Of a stretch of 64,000 nt of DNA, positions 12,432 through 24,654 are shown piece after piece. Position 1 is the first letter of the stretch; every line of letters begins with the position of its first letter. The position numbers were made by a program, and so were the translations under genes. The stretch covers positions 54,872,001 to 54,936,000 of the forward strand of contig NC_086108.1 in the NCBI RefSeq assembly GCF_963921235.1, given 5' to 3'. Source of the stretch: Mobula hypostoma. Lineage: Eukaryota. The notes below the pieces were generated by a model. The model was not told the DNA's origin and did not search any database. It worked only from the letters and a program-made list of their open reading frames with translations.

Positions 12432-13004
12432 CACAAGAATGCTTAGTCAAACAATATATTTACAATGTCATTCAAATATTACTGTAGTATGAAATACACA
12501 ACAATTTCCATGCCAGGACCACTGTTAACCACCGGTTTAAGATAATGAGCGGAGGGGAATGAAAATGTTTATGATCACCGTCCGTTGTTATGACTTGGAA
12601 TGTTCTACCCAGTAGCTTAGTGGGGAAGTAGATTCAATAGAATGAGAGAATTATAATTTTATTTGTTTAAAAAAACAACTTTGTAAAGCCTTAGGAAAGA
12701 GCAGGTTTGTGACTCTGATCAATTAGTCCTTGTTGGATGCAACACAGCCATTAGGCTTTTCTGTGCATCTTAGCCACAGAAATAGATAATCCTCCTGTGC
12801 TATAGTGGCCAACACCTTAATCCCACAGAAGTAATGGTAGTTAACTCCCATTTTCTGACTGCTTTAATATCCTGTTATACCCATTTAAAAAAATATTTAA
12901 ATGTAATAATGTTTATTTTTCCTCACTTATGTAGAATTTTCTTTTTAAAGGCCTTTGAACAGAAATCCTCCAAAAGGTAGTGGATTGGTCCAGTACTTCA
13001 TGGG

Positions 13005-13480
13005 TAAAGCCCTCCAACCATTGAGCACATCGACATGAAAAGCTGTCATAGGAAAGCAGCATCCATCAACAAAGATCCTCAGCACCCAGGACATGCCCTT
13101 TTCTCACTCCTGCCATCAGGTAGAAGGTACAAGAGCCACTGGACTCTCACACCAAGTTTAGGAACAGTTACTACCCCTCAACCATCAGGCTGTTGAATAA
13201 AAGGGGATAACCACACTCACTTGCTCCATTATTGAAATGTTCCTACAACCGATGATCTCACTTTAAGGACTCTATTTCATTATCTCTTGTTCTTGTTATT
13301 TATTGCTATTTATTTATATTTGCATTTGTACAAGTTGTCTTCTACACTCTGGTTGATCTTTCATTGATCTGTTATAGTTAACTATTCTATAGATTAGATG
13401 AGTATGCCCACAAGGAAATAAATCTCAGATTTATATATGGTGACATATATGTACCTGTGTAATAAAATTTACTTTGAACT
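13005..13480 (+). mobile_element. Rex1/Babar 3' fragment
   Basis: aaagcagcatccatc...ccatcaggtagaaggtacaagagc...aataaaatttactttgaactt, homologous to 2285-2390 and 2720-3080. Confidence 0.8.
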
Positions 13481-14239
13481 TCCTTTTAGATAAAATCTCC
13501 ATTACTATTCCCATCATGGCATTGGAGTGGGCCTTAACACCAAAACATTAAAGGTATCAGAAACTGTATTGTTTCATTGTCTCTAATATCGTATGCATCC
13601 TTTTTAGTTTTTACCTTGGCTGAGAGAGGTACTTACTGATAGGCTTATTTCTTTATCAACAAGTAAGTCTGAAATCAAGTATGCCTCTGTGTGATACCAT
13701 CTGTAGAATGGAATCAGCACACTGTTGCAGATTTTCATTGAACTTATTTAAATCAAATGTCAATATTGAATTATAGTTACTATGCTTTGCTGCTCATTGA
13801 TAAATGTGAAGATAGAATATAATAGTGTTTCAAAATCAATTATATCAAGCAAGGACAACATTTTATATATTATTTACATGATAACTAATATTTCCACAAT
13901 GATCTTGATTTTTTTTTGGTTCATTTTTAATTTCAATTGGAGATTACTCAATAGAGCACAATGTGACTGATGCGCATGTGCGTAAGAACTCTCAGGAGCA
14001 GCAAAGGAAAATTTCAAACACAATGACTAGAGTCAGAAGAATATTACAATCTAATCTTGATGCAAGGTGGAAATGGTTCTATATCTGGCAGATGGCATTT
14101 AGAGTTGAAAAAAGCATTGTTACTGTTATGGACAGGATTAATACCAAGAATATAATTATGATATGTGGAAGGGTACAGCACCTTTCAGGCATTTGGCTCA
14201 GGACATCATGCTGATCTTGTTGCCAATTTAATATCTTAC

Positions 14240-17200
14240 TCCTATGTATCATCTGTGCACATATTCCTGTGTCATTGATATATATCAGAGGCCCCAACAC
14301 GGATCCTTGCAGACCACTACTGGTCACGGGCCTCCAGACAGAATAACATTCTTGCACATTTTTTTTATGGGGGAAACTAGTTCTGAATCCAAACTTGCAA
14401 TTCACCCTGGAGACTATGTACCATTATCTTCTGAATCAATCTACTCTGAGGGACCTTATTAAAGTCCATACTGATAACATCAACTATGAAGCACCTTTAT
14501 CACCTCCTCAAAAAAAATTCTATCAATTTTATAAGGCATGGCCCAGCCTGCAAAAGCATGCTACTGTACCTAAGCAGGCAATGTTTTTCCATATATGCAT
14601 TAATCCTATCCTTTAAGAGGTGACAAAAGGGTGTACAGGAATGAGATATACCAGCTAGTTGAATGGTGTCACAGAAACAACCTTGCACTCAATGTCGGCA
14701 AGACCAAAGAGCTAACTGTGGATTTCAGAAAGGGTAAGATGACGGAACACACACCAGGCCTCACAGAGGGATCAGAACTGGATCATCAGCTCTCCTTTAG
14801 ACATCTTCTCATGTTAGATGTGGACTTGTCTGACAGCAGCTGCTCCCAATCAACATTCCTTAGCTCCTACCTTATCTTGTCATAATTTGCCTTCCCCAAT
14901 TTAGTACCTTTTCACAAGATCCAATTATATCTTTACTCTTAACTATCTTAAAACATAATGAGCTGTGGTCCCTAGTCACATGGTCACATTATTCGCTCTG
15001 TCACCTGCCCTGCCTCCCCCAATGTCTAGTATCAAAGTTCAAAGTACATTTATTATCAGGGTGTATATAACATGTACAACCTTAAGATTTACCTTCTGGC
15101 AGGCAGCCACAAAACATAGAAGTAATAGAATCCACAAAAAACCCCACCCAACAAAGACTGTCAAACATCCAATGAACAAAGAAAGAACAAAACGTGCAAA
15201 CAATAAAAAAAGTAAACAAATAATATACAGAACATGAACCGCAGAGTTCCTGCAAGTGAGTCCACAGCCATGGAACCAGTTCAGTGCTGAGGCGAGTGAA
15301 GCCTTACAGAGTTATGAGCTGAACACTGGTTGATCTTTGACCTCAGCCTCGACGTCTTAATCTTTTTAATTTCGTTCGGCACTTAAATCAGATGAACATT
15401 GGCTAATGTATGTTTTGTCCCCTAGCTGGATTCTCCATATACTGTTTCAAAAACCCCTCTTGGATGCACTGAAGAAATACCGCCCCATCTAAGCTTCTTG
15501 TATTAAGGAAGTTCCAATCAATACTGTGAAGTTAAAGCTTCCCACTATGACAAACCTGTCGTTTCTGCATTTTTCCATAATCTGCCGACATAACTGTTCC
15601 TCCTCCTTTCTGTGGCTATTGGATGGCCTAAAGTATAATCCCATCAGCATAATTACACCTATCCTATTTCTGAGCTCCACCCAAACTGCACTTGTTTGAT
15701 TTTCACTTATCAGTAGTGCAAGCCCTTCACCTCTTTTACCCCCACCCCCTGTATCACATCTAAAACAACAAAACGTAGGACTATTGAGTTGCCATTCCTG
15801 CCTGTCCCTTTCACGCCCAGGTCTCTGTTATGGAAACAACATCATAATTCCATATATTGATCCAGGCTTTACGTTCATCCTCTTTTTCCATAATATTCCT
15901 AACATTAAAATAAGCACATGTCAGCCTATCAGTCCTGCTACATTTATTAGTCTGTGCCTTGCTGTTCTTTTCACTTTTACTTGTCATACCACCTTTCTTG
16001 TACCTGTTGCTCTGCTACTGTGGTTCTCATCCCCCTGCCACTAGTTAATCCCTCCAAAGCAGCACCAGCAAACCACCCAGTGAGGATCATGGTTATTCAG
16101 ATGAAAACTGTCTTGTTTGTGGGGTTGTAGCTGCCCTGAAAGAGAGCCAAATGGTCTATAAATTTGAAGTGCTCCCTCCTGTATCTGCTCCTTAGCCACA
16201 TATTGAACTCATAGTCATACTTTGTCGATCCCGGGGGAAACTGGTTTTCGTTACAGTTGCACCATAAATAATTAAATAGTAATTAAATAGAACTGCATGC
16301 TGTATCCATTTCTCACCTCACATATGAGATTACAACCCGAAGTCCTGCTTTTTAATTTTATGCCTAGCTCCCTAAAACCCTTTTGCAGGTCCTTATCCCT
16401 ACTGCTGCTAGTCCACGTCATTGGTTCCATCAGTATCTAAAGAGGCATGTCTATTGGTAAGGGGAATGTCCACAAGGTGTGTCCAGTCTGTTAGCTGAGT
16501 GAACATCGCAGAGCTGTAGTGTACCACCCTGGTAAAGGTTTCACTGTTAATGTGATGCTCTTTCTGTCGAAGCAGTGTTTGGGTTATGGTTAGAGATAAC
16601 GAGTGCTTTGGAATGTGAGCTGTCCAATCGGGAGTGGGTTTTATTTTTCTGTGCCTGACACTGGTATGAGCTGAAGGGTCTTTGTTCAGTGGGAAATGGA
16701 GAGAGAAGAAGCTGGAGAGAACTGGTCATAGGGTTTGAGCTGGTGGGAGATCATGATTCGATGGAGCAAGGTGCAGAGGTCAACTGAGGATCGGTGAATA
16801 TGACTTTTGGAAGAGTTGAGCTCCAACTTGTGCACATTTGACTGTTTAATTGTAATGGGCCCTTTTTGTTTTTCTTTCTTTTCTTTACTAACCCTATAGT
16901 TAAGCTAACATTCATAAATATAGTTCCTTTATTCGTATGCAGTGTGCTGTCTGTTATTTCTTGGCACCAAGTTGTAACAAGGTAGCAAATTACACAGCAT
17001 CCATACAAACCGGTGTTTGGGGTAGGAGAGCCGTGCCAATCTCACAGATTTGGTGGGACTGGAGTGTGTATTCCCTAGATTTACGCAGCCCAAGGAAACG
17101 AGGGTTTCAGTAGTCATTAGGGAGACTGCAAGGTTCCTTGCCTGTTCACGTCTTACAGGAGGGGCATTCCGCTGCCCTCCTGCAAGATGTGGGCAGTCAG

Positions 17201-17480
17201 AGAACTGGTGCAGGTACCTCAGGTGCACCTCAGAGAGATGGGTGTCCAGCAGGAGAAGTAAGATGAGTCAGCAGAGTGCAATAATGATAAAATGATATCC
17301 TTTTATCTACACTGTCAAAGATCATAGATTAACAGGAAAATAAAATTCTTACCTGAATCTTATTTGCCATTCACCTGTGCCTCCTCACCAAAACTTCTCA
17401 AGGAAAAACATCATCTCCCCATTCCAACACTGGCCTACTATCATGATGGCCACTCTGCTCAAATCTACTTTCTTTTCATT
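14240..17480 (-). mobile_element. Old degraded CR1 (RT, EN, ORF1 and 5' UTR relics) with nested Rex fragments and a solo LTR
   Basis: WRPVTSSGLQGSVLGP (about 14300) and ELRNRIG...YFRPSNS...VGSFN (15489-15680). The 5' UTR at 17350-17465 resembles 31690-31797. Rex pieces lie at 14620-14780 (+), 15030-15400 (-) and 16208-16290 (-). Confidence 0.65.
16520..17109 (+). mobile_element. Solo LTR (family X)
   Basis: TG...CA termini with a 4-bp TSD GTAG (16516-16519 and 17110-17113). Homologous to 1010-1575. Confidence 0.9.
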
Positions 17481-18219
17481 GGTAAAGTGTATAGCAACTC
17501 AAACAATAGAAACAAATAACTTCTTCAGAGTTGCTGTCTCCTCCCTGCTGCTTCTCTGGCTGCAACAATTGTTGAGAGAAAAACGCTGGATGGTCAGTTT
17601 AAGTCTGTTGGGTGAGACCTCTACCTAGAAAGTCTTAACTTGGGGAGCTTGATTTTAGGGTAAGTGATCAACAGTTTAGGATAGAAATAAGAAGAAATGT
17701 TTGAATGGCTGTAAGTTCTTGGAATCCTCTGAGAAATAGGATACTCCATCATCATGTACATATTTTGGACATTAAGGAAATTGAAGGAAATGGTGGGAAA
17801 GTGGTTGGAGTACAGAATTAACTGTAGTCTTTTTGAATTGCAGAGCAACATGAGAAGCTCGAAGGCTTAGTGCTTTCTCTATATTCTGATATGTATGTCT
17901 CTAAAGATTTGGGGCCTGCACTGAGAGGATTAAGAAAAAGGAAATCATTAAAAAGGAATGCTGAAACGATCCAATATTACACAAAAAAACTACAGTATTT
18001 TAGTTATTTTTGACACCAGGTTTTGGCTTAGTTTTAGAAGTGATGTCAGTTCTGGTTTCCTAGATATACTTCTTTGAAAGAGTATTATTGAAGTACAAAC
18101 TAGGCAGTTAGATCTTTTTGTTCAGGAAAAGTGGTGACAGTTGAAATACTTAAAATGATGAACATTCAGATTCATTCCATATGATCAGGGTAATTGAATT
18201 TAATTATAGGGCAACAAGT

Positions 18220-18531
18220 CTTCCAAGAGGACCACAACCTTGTCATAGGGTTTGGAGGCTTGCATGCCTCAATAACCAGGAGAGCTATATTGGCTTTGTG
18301 CTTTGGCTCTTGGTAGGGTCACTCGTGCCAAACAAGTCAAAGGGTAGAGGCCAGCTTAAGAGCGGTCCACCGGTCCTCCAGGTTTAGAGGTTCAGTTCAG
18401 GGCTAACAAGCCTGACTAGTCAGAATAAATTGTCATGGAAACAGCAATGAAGAATCCTTCTGTACAGACAGAGATGAAGGTCCTTCATTGCTGTCCTAAA
18501 TGCCAGTGGTGTAATGGGCAGTAAGTAAACA
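18220..18531 (+). mobile_element. Bipartite non-autonomous RTE derivative (5' UTR joined to 3' end)
   Basis: The 5' part matches the RTE 5' UTR at 43370-43590 (-) and the 3' part matches the RTE end at 37383-37430 (-). Imperfect 14-bp TSD atagggcaacaagt/acagagcaacaagt. Confidence 0.85.
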
Positions 18532-19734
18532 ACAGAGCAACAAGTAGAATTGCATGTAAATTACATAGCTAAAACTAGGGTGATTTTTGATTTTTACATA
18601 GGATCACTGAACTTTGGAATCTAGCTGACTAGTGAGTGCAAATTTGCTGATACTTCATGGGAAAACTGGATGAGTTTCTGGAGGAGTGTAATATAGTGTG
18701 AAAAAGGTAAGCACCATAGTGTCACAGACAAGAGAAAATCTACAGATGCTGGAAATCCAAGCAGTACACACAAAATGCTGGAGGAACTCAGCAGGTCAGG
18801 CAGCAGTTATGGAAAAAAGTACAGTTGACGTTTTGGGCCGAAACCCTTCGACAGAATGTGGTGTAATGTGCTTTGTGGTTATTGTAATATTTTAAACTCA
18901 TCTTTGAATTGATTTGAGAATAACAATTTTCAACAATGACATTTTTTCTCTCTGAAATGCTCCAACATTGTTGTCTTTTTTTTTTTGCCGGCTTGATGGC
19001 TGTTGGTTTGTGTTGGATTTCACGTTGCCAAGATTAAACATGACTGTTCTGTATTTTCAAATGTTGATGCAAAATAATCAAAAAAAGGCAAGCAGATAAA
19101 AACTGCACAGCTGGAAGATTTGGCTCCACTGTATTTCAGTGTTCCAAGCACTGCACTGGTTCTGCTTGTGTCTGGCATTTGGGTATACATTTGTTGTGTA
19201 GCTTTTCTGGCTGACACACTTATAAATGTGTGCTGGAAGTATAAAGTGTAGGCAGATCAAGACATCAATCGAAATGTAATCCTTATTTGATACCAGTGCT
19301 CCAAATTAGAACAGAATGATCCAGCTAATATCTTACTTCAGCCTTGTGTTACGAAACATGCGTCAACTACAAGCAGCAGGATGAGGGGGAAGGTACTAAT
19401 GTATAACGTGCCAATTCTTCAAACTCATTTCAGCACAGAAACCCCTACTTTGCTGAGAGCCAAGAGAACCACAGAACTTATCAAGAAGGGAGGATGCATC
19501 AGGACCTGATGGAGGGGGCATCTTAAAAAAACCTCTTATCCTTTGATGCAATATTCTTTGACTTCATACCACTAAAAACTATTTGATCCATATTCACTAA
19601 CAAACCTGGACTGACAAGACTCTGAAAGACTATATTCTCAGGAGCAGCTAGTACTCTGTTGCTGTAAAACTTGGTGGAGAGAAAATTCACATAGAGGGGG
19701 ACTTCAGATACAAATTCACAACTGGGAGGAAGAC

Positions 19735-19953
19735 TGTTATGTTTTTGTAACTCCAGAAACTAATTGAAAGAAAAATACAGAAGCCTGGAAAAACTTGTCC
19801 ACTTCATTTTTTTTGGGTGAGGTGCTCACATATGACGTGTTGGTGTAATGACATATGTCATTCATGTATCTCTTACATAATATAACCTGCAAGCAAAGAA
19901 TGTTTAATCAAACAAAATCTTTGCAATATTACTGAAATATTAAATACACTACA
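19735..19953 (-). mobile_element. Solo LTR of the Gypsy family at 3363-12503
   Basis: tgttatg...tacactaca, homologous to 3363-3607. Flanks aagac/aagaa form a 5-bp TSD with one mismatch. Confidence 0.8.
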
Positions 19954-20034
19954 AAGAAAACATTCTGCAGGCCCATAGAGGCATGATGTACTTCAAGAAA
20001 GTTGAATTTGATTTCAATATCTAGAGGGGCTTTC

Positions 20035-20445
20035 TGAATTTGAATTTATTTAAATCTTACACCCATCCCACAACGTGAGGGAGTAAAAATCTTTGTGTTA
20101 TGACTCCGTCGCAATGTACAGACGTGAATTTAAATGTCTAATGGCTTGTAGAAAGAAGCTGTCCCATAGCTTGTTGGCCCTGGCTTTAGCACTATGGTAC
20201 CGTTTGTCAGACAGAAGCAGCTGAAACAGTTAATGGTTGGGGTGACTGGTGTCCCCAGTGATCTTCCAGGCCTTCTTTCTGCACCTGCTGCCGTAAGTGA
20301 GGGAGGTTCACATCCACAGTTGTGCTGGGCTGTCCGTACGACTCTTTGCAGTGCCTGGTGATCAAGATTGGTGCAGTTCCCGTACCAGATGGTGATACAG
20401 CCAGTCAGGGTGCTCTCAATAGTGCCCTTGTAGAAGGTCTTTAAG
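20035..20445 (-). mobile_element. Rex1/Babar 3' fragment
   Basis: Minus strand encodes LFQLLLSDKRYHSAKARANKLWDSFFLQAIRHLN and ends in an (attcaa)n tail. Confidence 0.75.
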
Positions 20446-20559
20446 GTCTTTCCTGCTGTTTGCCAGGGTTCTCTTCAATTTCTTCCTTCCCAAGGTCAAA
20501 TGGTAATCCCTGTCCAAACTATGTCACTTCCACTCCAGAATGCAGTTACTTCAACTTTG

Positions 20560-20880
20560 CTTATTGAACTGGCCACTACTGTGTATGTGCATGCTCGCGA
20601 TCACCCTGTGTACAGAAAGTATAAGACCTTCCATAGCAATGAGGCCTTAATTACAAATAGTGTATTTAGTGGCCAGGCCACATACTTTGTATGCCCAATA
20701 CTGGACTCTGAGCTCCATCATGGCAAGAGATTATCAGGTGGACAGATGAAAGAGCCAAAGGATGTTATCAAAGCCTTCTTTCAAAATGTGTTACATCTTC
20801 ACCAACTTTGGGAATCCCCAGCTCATGACTGCTTAAAATGGAGAAGGAAGATTTGGGATGGTACTGACAACCTTAATATT
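20560..20880 (+). mobile_element. Degraded RTE-clade 3' fragment
   Basis: ELHHGKRLSGGQ...KDVIKA...WESPAHDCLKWRRKI, a typical RTE C-terminus. Confidence 0.65.
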
Positions 20881-20924
20881 GACGAGATGGCGGTGGAGGT
20901 GTGGCCTGACCCTATGTAGTTTGG

Positions 20925-21245
20925 GGAACACACAAAATGCTGGGAAAGCTCAGCAGACCAGTAGTTGGGGGACATCTTTGATCCGTCCGCCACAAAAGGC
21001 AGGATTTCTTGGTAGCCTTCCAATTTAATTTGACTTCCCATTCTTATTCTGACATGTTGGTTCATGTCCACCTATCACCTTCCAGCTTTTTACTTCATCT
21101 CCCCTTACCCAGCTACCAACCTTCCCCCTCACCTGGTTTCACCTGGTGCCAGTTTGTACTCCTTCATCTAACCCCCACCTTCTTATTCTCACTTCTGCGC
21201 CTTTCCTTCTGGTCCTGGTGAAGGAGCTCAGCCCGAAGTCTGTTT
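20925..21245 (+). mobile_element. Degraded Penelope-like fragment with an inverted 5' piece
   Basis: ccattcttattctgacatg...ggtcctggtgaaggagctcagcccgaa is homologous to 6970-7520, and is preceded by an inverted acacaaaatgctgg piece. Confidence 0.65.
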
Positions 21246-21257
21246 ATTTTCTTCCAC

Positions 21258-22645
21258 AACAGTGCGATCACTCAAGTTGAGTATGATATTCTCCTAAGGG
21301 GTTGTCTATTGGTGTGTCCTCAGGTAGCTGTGGAGGCCGATCTACGATGCAGGTATTATGATGCAGCGTGGGCGAGAGTAACTGGTGGCTGTGGAGGCCG
21401 ATCTACGATGCAGGTATTCTGACGCAGCGTGGGCGAGAGTAACTGGTGGCTGTGGAGGCCGATCTACGATGCAGGTATTCTGAAGCAGCGTGGGCGAGAG
21501 TAACTGGTGGCTGTGGAGGCCGATCTACGATGCAGGTATTCTGACGCAGCGTGGGCGAGAGTAACTGGTGGCTGTGGAGGCCGATCTACGATGCAGGTCT
21601 TCTGACGCAGCGTGGGTGAGAGTAACTGGTGGCTGTGGAGGCCGATCTGCGATGCAGGTCTTCTGAAGCAGCGTGGGCCAGGGTGGCTGGTGGCTGTGGA
21701 GGCCGATCTGCGATGCAGGTCTTCTGAAGCAGCGTGGGCCAGGGTGGCTGGTGGCTGTGGAGGCCGATCTGCGATGCAGGTCTTCTGAAGCAGCGTGGGC
21801 CAGGGTGGCTGGTGGCTGTGGAGGCCGATCTGCGATGCAGGTCTTCTGAAGCAGCGTGGGCCAGGGTGGCTGGTGGCTGTGGAGGCCGATCTGCGATGCA
21901 GGTCTTCTGAAGCAGCGTGGGCCAGGGTGGCTGGTGGCTGTGGAGGCCGATCTGCGATGCAGGTCTTCTGAAGCAGCGTGGGCCAGGGTGGCTGGTGGCT
22001 GTGGAGGCCGATCTGCGATGCAGGTCTTCTGAAGCAGCGTGGGCCAGGGTGGCTGGCGGCTGTGGAGGCCGATCGGCGATGCAGGTCTTCGGAAGCAGCG
22101 TGGCCGAGGGTAGCTGGCGGCTGTGGAGGCCGATCGGCGATGCAGGTCTTCGGAAGCAGCGTCGCCGAGGGTAGCTGGCGGCTGTGGAGGCCGATCTACG
22201 ATGCAGGTCTTCGGAAGCAGCGTGGGCGAGAGTAACTGGCGGCTGTGGAGGGCGATCACGATGCAGGTCTTCGGATGCAGCGTGGGCGAGAGTAACTGGC
22301 AGCTGTGGAGGCCGATCTACGATACAGGTCTTCTGATGCAGCGTGGGCGAGAGTAACTGGTGGCTGTGGTTAGTGGTTGGGTCTTTTGGTTTTTCAGTCT
22401 CACTTTATGCAGTCGCCGCTTGTTCACTGTGGCACTGCGGAGGTTGTTCTCATGTAACACACAGCTCCCTCTTGAACAGATTTCTTCCAGATGTATCTAT
22501 TGAGTGCAATGCCTTCCAATTTTCAGATGCAATGTTGAATTTCTTCAGCCTGATTCTGATGTTGTCTTTGAACTCTTTCCTTTGCCCACCAGTGGCTCGC
22601 TGATCTTTCTTCAGCTGGGAGTAAAAGATCTGTTTGGGGTGATAC
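21258..22645 (-). mobile_element. RTE-clade LINE 3' fragment whose C-terminal segment is amplified into a minisatellite
   Basis: IFYSQLKKDQRATGGQRKEFKDNIR at 22450-22647; the element ends ...IGLHSYLRTHQ* followed by a short 3' UTR. Confidence 0.8.
21327..22369. repeat. GC-rich 61-bp tandem repeat, about 17 copies
   Basis: Unit gctgtggaggccgatctgcgatgcaggtcttctgaagcagcgtgggccagggtggctggtg. The first and last gctgtgg are 1036 bp apart. Confidence 0.97.
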
Positions 22646-24654
22646 ACCCTCCATAGCTGCCACCTGACTTAATGAGTTCCTCTAGCATATTGTGTGTACT
22701 GATAACTTGAAGTTCCTTTATTGGGAGTAAACAGTGTAAATGGCAGAGGGAATATGCTACCCCTCAAACTTCTTACTGGTGTGACAGCTCACGTGCCTTC
22801 TGCAGCAATGCCTGCAGGTCTCACATTGCCTTTGTCCATCACTAATAATCATAGGAATGAAGTGAATGGAAGCCATCCTCAATCCTGAAAGACTGCCTGA
22901 GGGGAGGAAGTCAGATGGAAAATGCCTCTGAGTTGTCCATCAGTTAAGAGATTTTGGATGCAGCATGTTCAACCGGATCTTGTGTGAATTGGGCAGCATA
23001 TGCTCTGCATCTAGCTAATTCCAGTGGCTGGCTTCTTACCCGGAACAGCCAGAAAACAGTTGCTGGCCAGGTGGCAACATTGCAGTGTCAGATGACAGGT
23101 GAATGTCAAAGGTCATTGGTGGAATGGGCTTCCACATTCCGATAAATATAAGAGTTCATTGGAGCAAGGAAAAGAGAGCTTTTCTTGTGAGATTGTCGAA
23201 GCACCTGTGGTTCTTAGCCCATTTGGATTTCCATCAATGGATGGCATTGTTCTGCTCAGACCTACAGTTTTGGGTTCCTGATACCATAACTGGAAGCTGA
23301 TCCGTAGTATTCCTCTGGATACCTGTCGGTGTCCCATCTCAATTGTTCAAGGAATAAGAAAAAAAATTGGAATGGGACATTGGTTACATTTAGTTATCTG
23401 ATTAACTAAATTAACTAACTTATGTTCAGCTAGCTTCCAGAAGGGTTAAAATCACACATACTATTTTTCTTTAACCAACACTGTATAGTTGGCACATGTT
23501 GCTCACAGATGTTTTCCAGATGTGCTATACTATTTCTTAATTTAAAATTGAGGAACTGAGTGAGAGAAAGATAAACCAGAAGCTTTATTTTTTGAAGGTA
23601 TTAGAAGCAGTGGATATTCTGTAGGTCAAAAGTAGATTTGCCTGTTTCATCTGTCTCATTGTATGTATGATTATTTTCATAAGTCATTTGGGCACAGATA
23701 TATGAGTACAATTCCAGAGTACATGGGCTTATATTTTTTTCCCAGAAAAAAAAAACAGTCTTGAAATTCAGATCATCAGCTTTATGCTTCACCCATGAAC
23801 AGTAGACAGAAAACTCTGGCCTGCTGAAGTAAACCTCTTAAAGGCAGATTAACCTTTTGTGGCCATGTATTGTCTTTTGGAATTTTTATTCATTGATACC
23901 TGTATTTGTGCCACATGCTTTCAGACAGATCTTTATTTACTAATTTCTATGGCTTTCCTTTATTTATATCTCCTTAGACTCTTTCAGTGCAATGCAGAAA
24001 GAAGCAACTTCACTTTTAGAGTCCATAACAGTTCTTTCAAAGGGTGGTTCAGTTAGCTTACACCCTACAATTATTTCTCTATTCTATTTTTTGAGTGTTA
24101 GTAAATTTTGAGTTTATTTCCACTGCTCTGTTAGGCGTAGCCATTTATTTATTAAGTATGTTTGTTCTCATGTAACCTCTTCTCTTGCCAAACACTTTAA
24201 ATATGTAAAGTTTAAATAATGTCACATGGCGTGGGGGGTAAGAGTTGTTCTACATTACAATATATGAATCCTTCATGATTTTAAACACATTTACTGAATA
24301 TCCTCTTTGCCGTCTCAGCTCGTTTGGGTGCAGTTGACTTCACCAACCTATCCATGTAACTCATTCCAGGCAACCTTCCTATAAATTTCTATTGCACCTT
24401 ATCCAAAGCCACCTCACCCTTCACAAAGTATGGTGCCCTGAAATGAACAATGCAAAGTTTTATAAGTTTGACTCCTTACTTTTATTCTTTATCCTAATGT
24501 TCCTAATGAACAGCATCCCTCTCACTTTGCTTACTGTTTTGTTGATTTGCTGTGCCACGTTAAGAATTTATGCATTCTTTTATTTGCACCCCTTCAAAAT
24601 TGATCCATTTATATTGCATTGTTTTGACTCCTTCACCATCAAAGGATTCACCAT

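Larger units (their letters stand above)
3363..12503 (-). mobile_element. Old full-length Gypsy/Ty3 LTR retrotransposon, heavily degraded and interrupted
   Basis: 3' LTR 3363-3607; 5' LTR about 11665-12503, split by a HERO insertion; TSD ATTTC at 3358-3362 and 12504-12508; PPT complement ctcctccctgg at 3608. Minus-strand relics: integrase (PDHPATNGLVER; HLGMVKMKALAQSFVSWPG), RNase H (HFNQYLYGNEFTLITGHQPL), RT about 6400-6960, protease about 7860-8230, gag about 8230-9690. Confidence 0.9.

Noticed and set aside
21327..22369. Array as a CRISPR, or its 244-aa and 85-aa ORFs as repeat proteins
   Set aside because: There are no unique spacers or cas genes and the context is eukaryotic. The 61-bp period cycles through all frames, so the ORFs are by-products.
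22900..23360. Unique-looking stretch with several 60-74 aa ORFs
   Set aside because: No recognisable protein motif or convincing splice-site pair, so I cannot support an exon.
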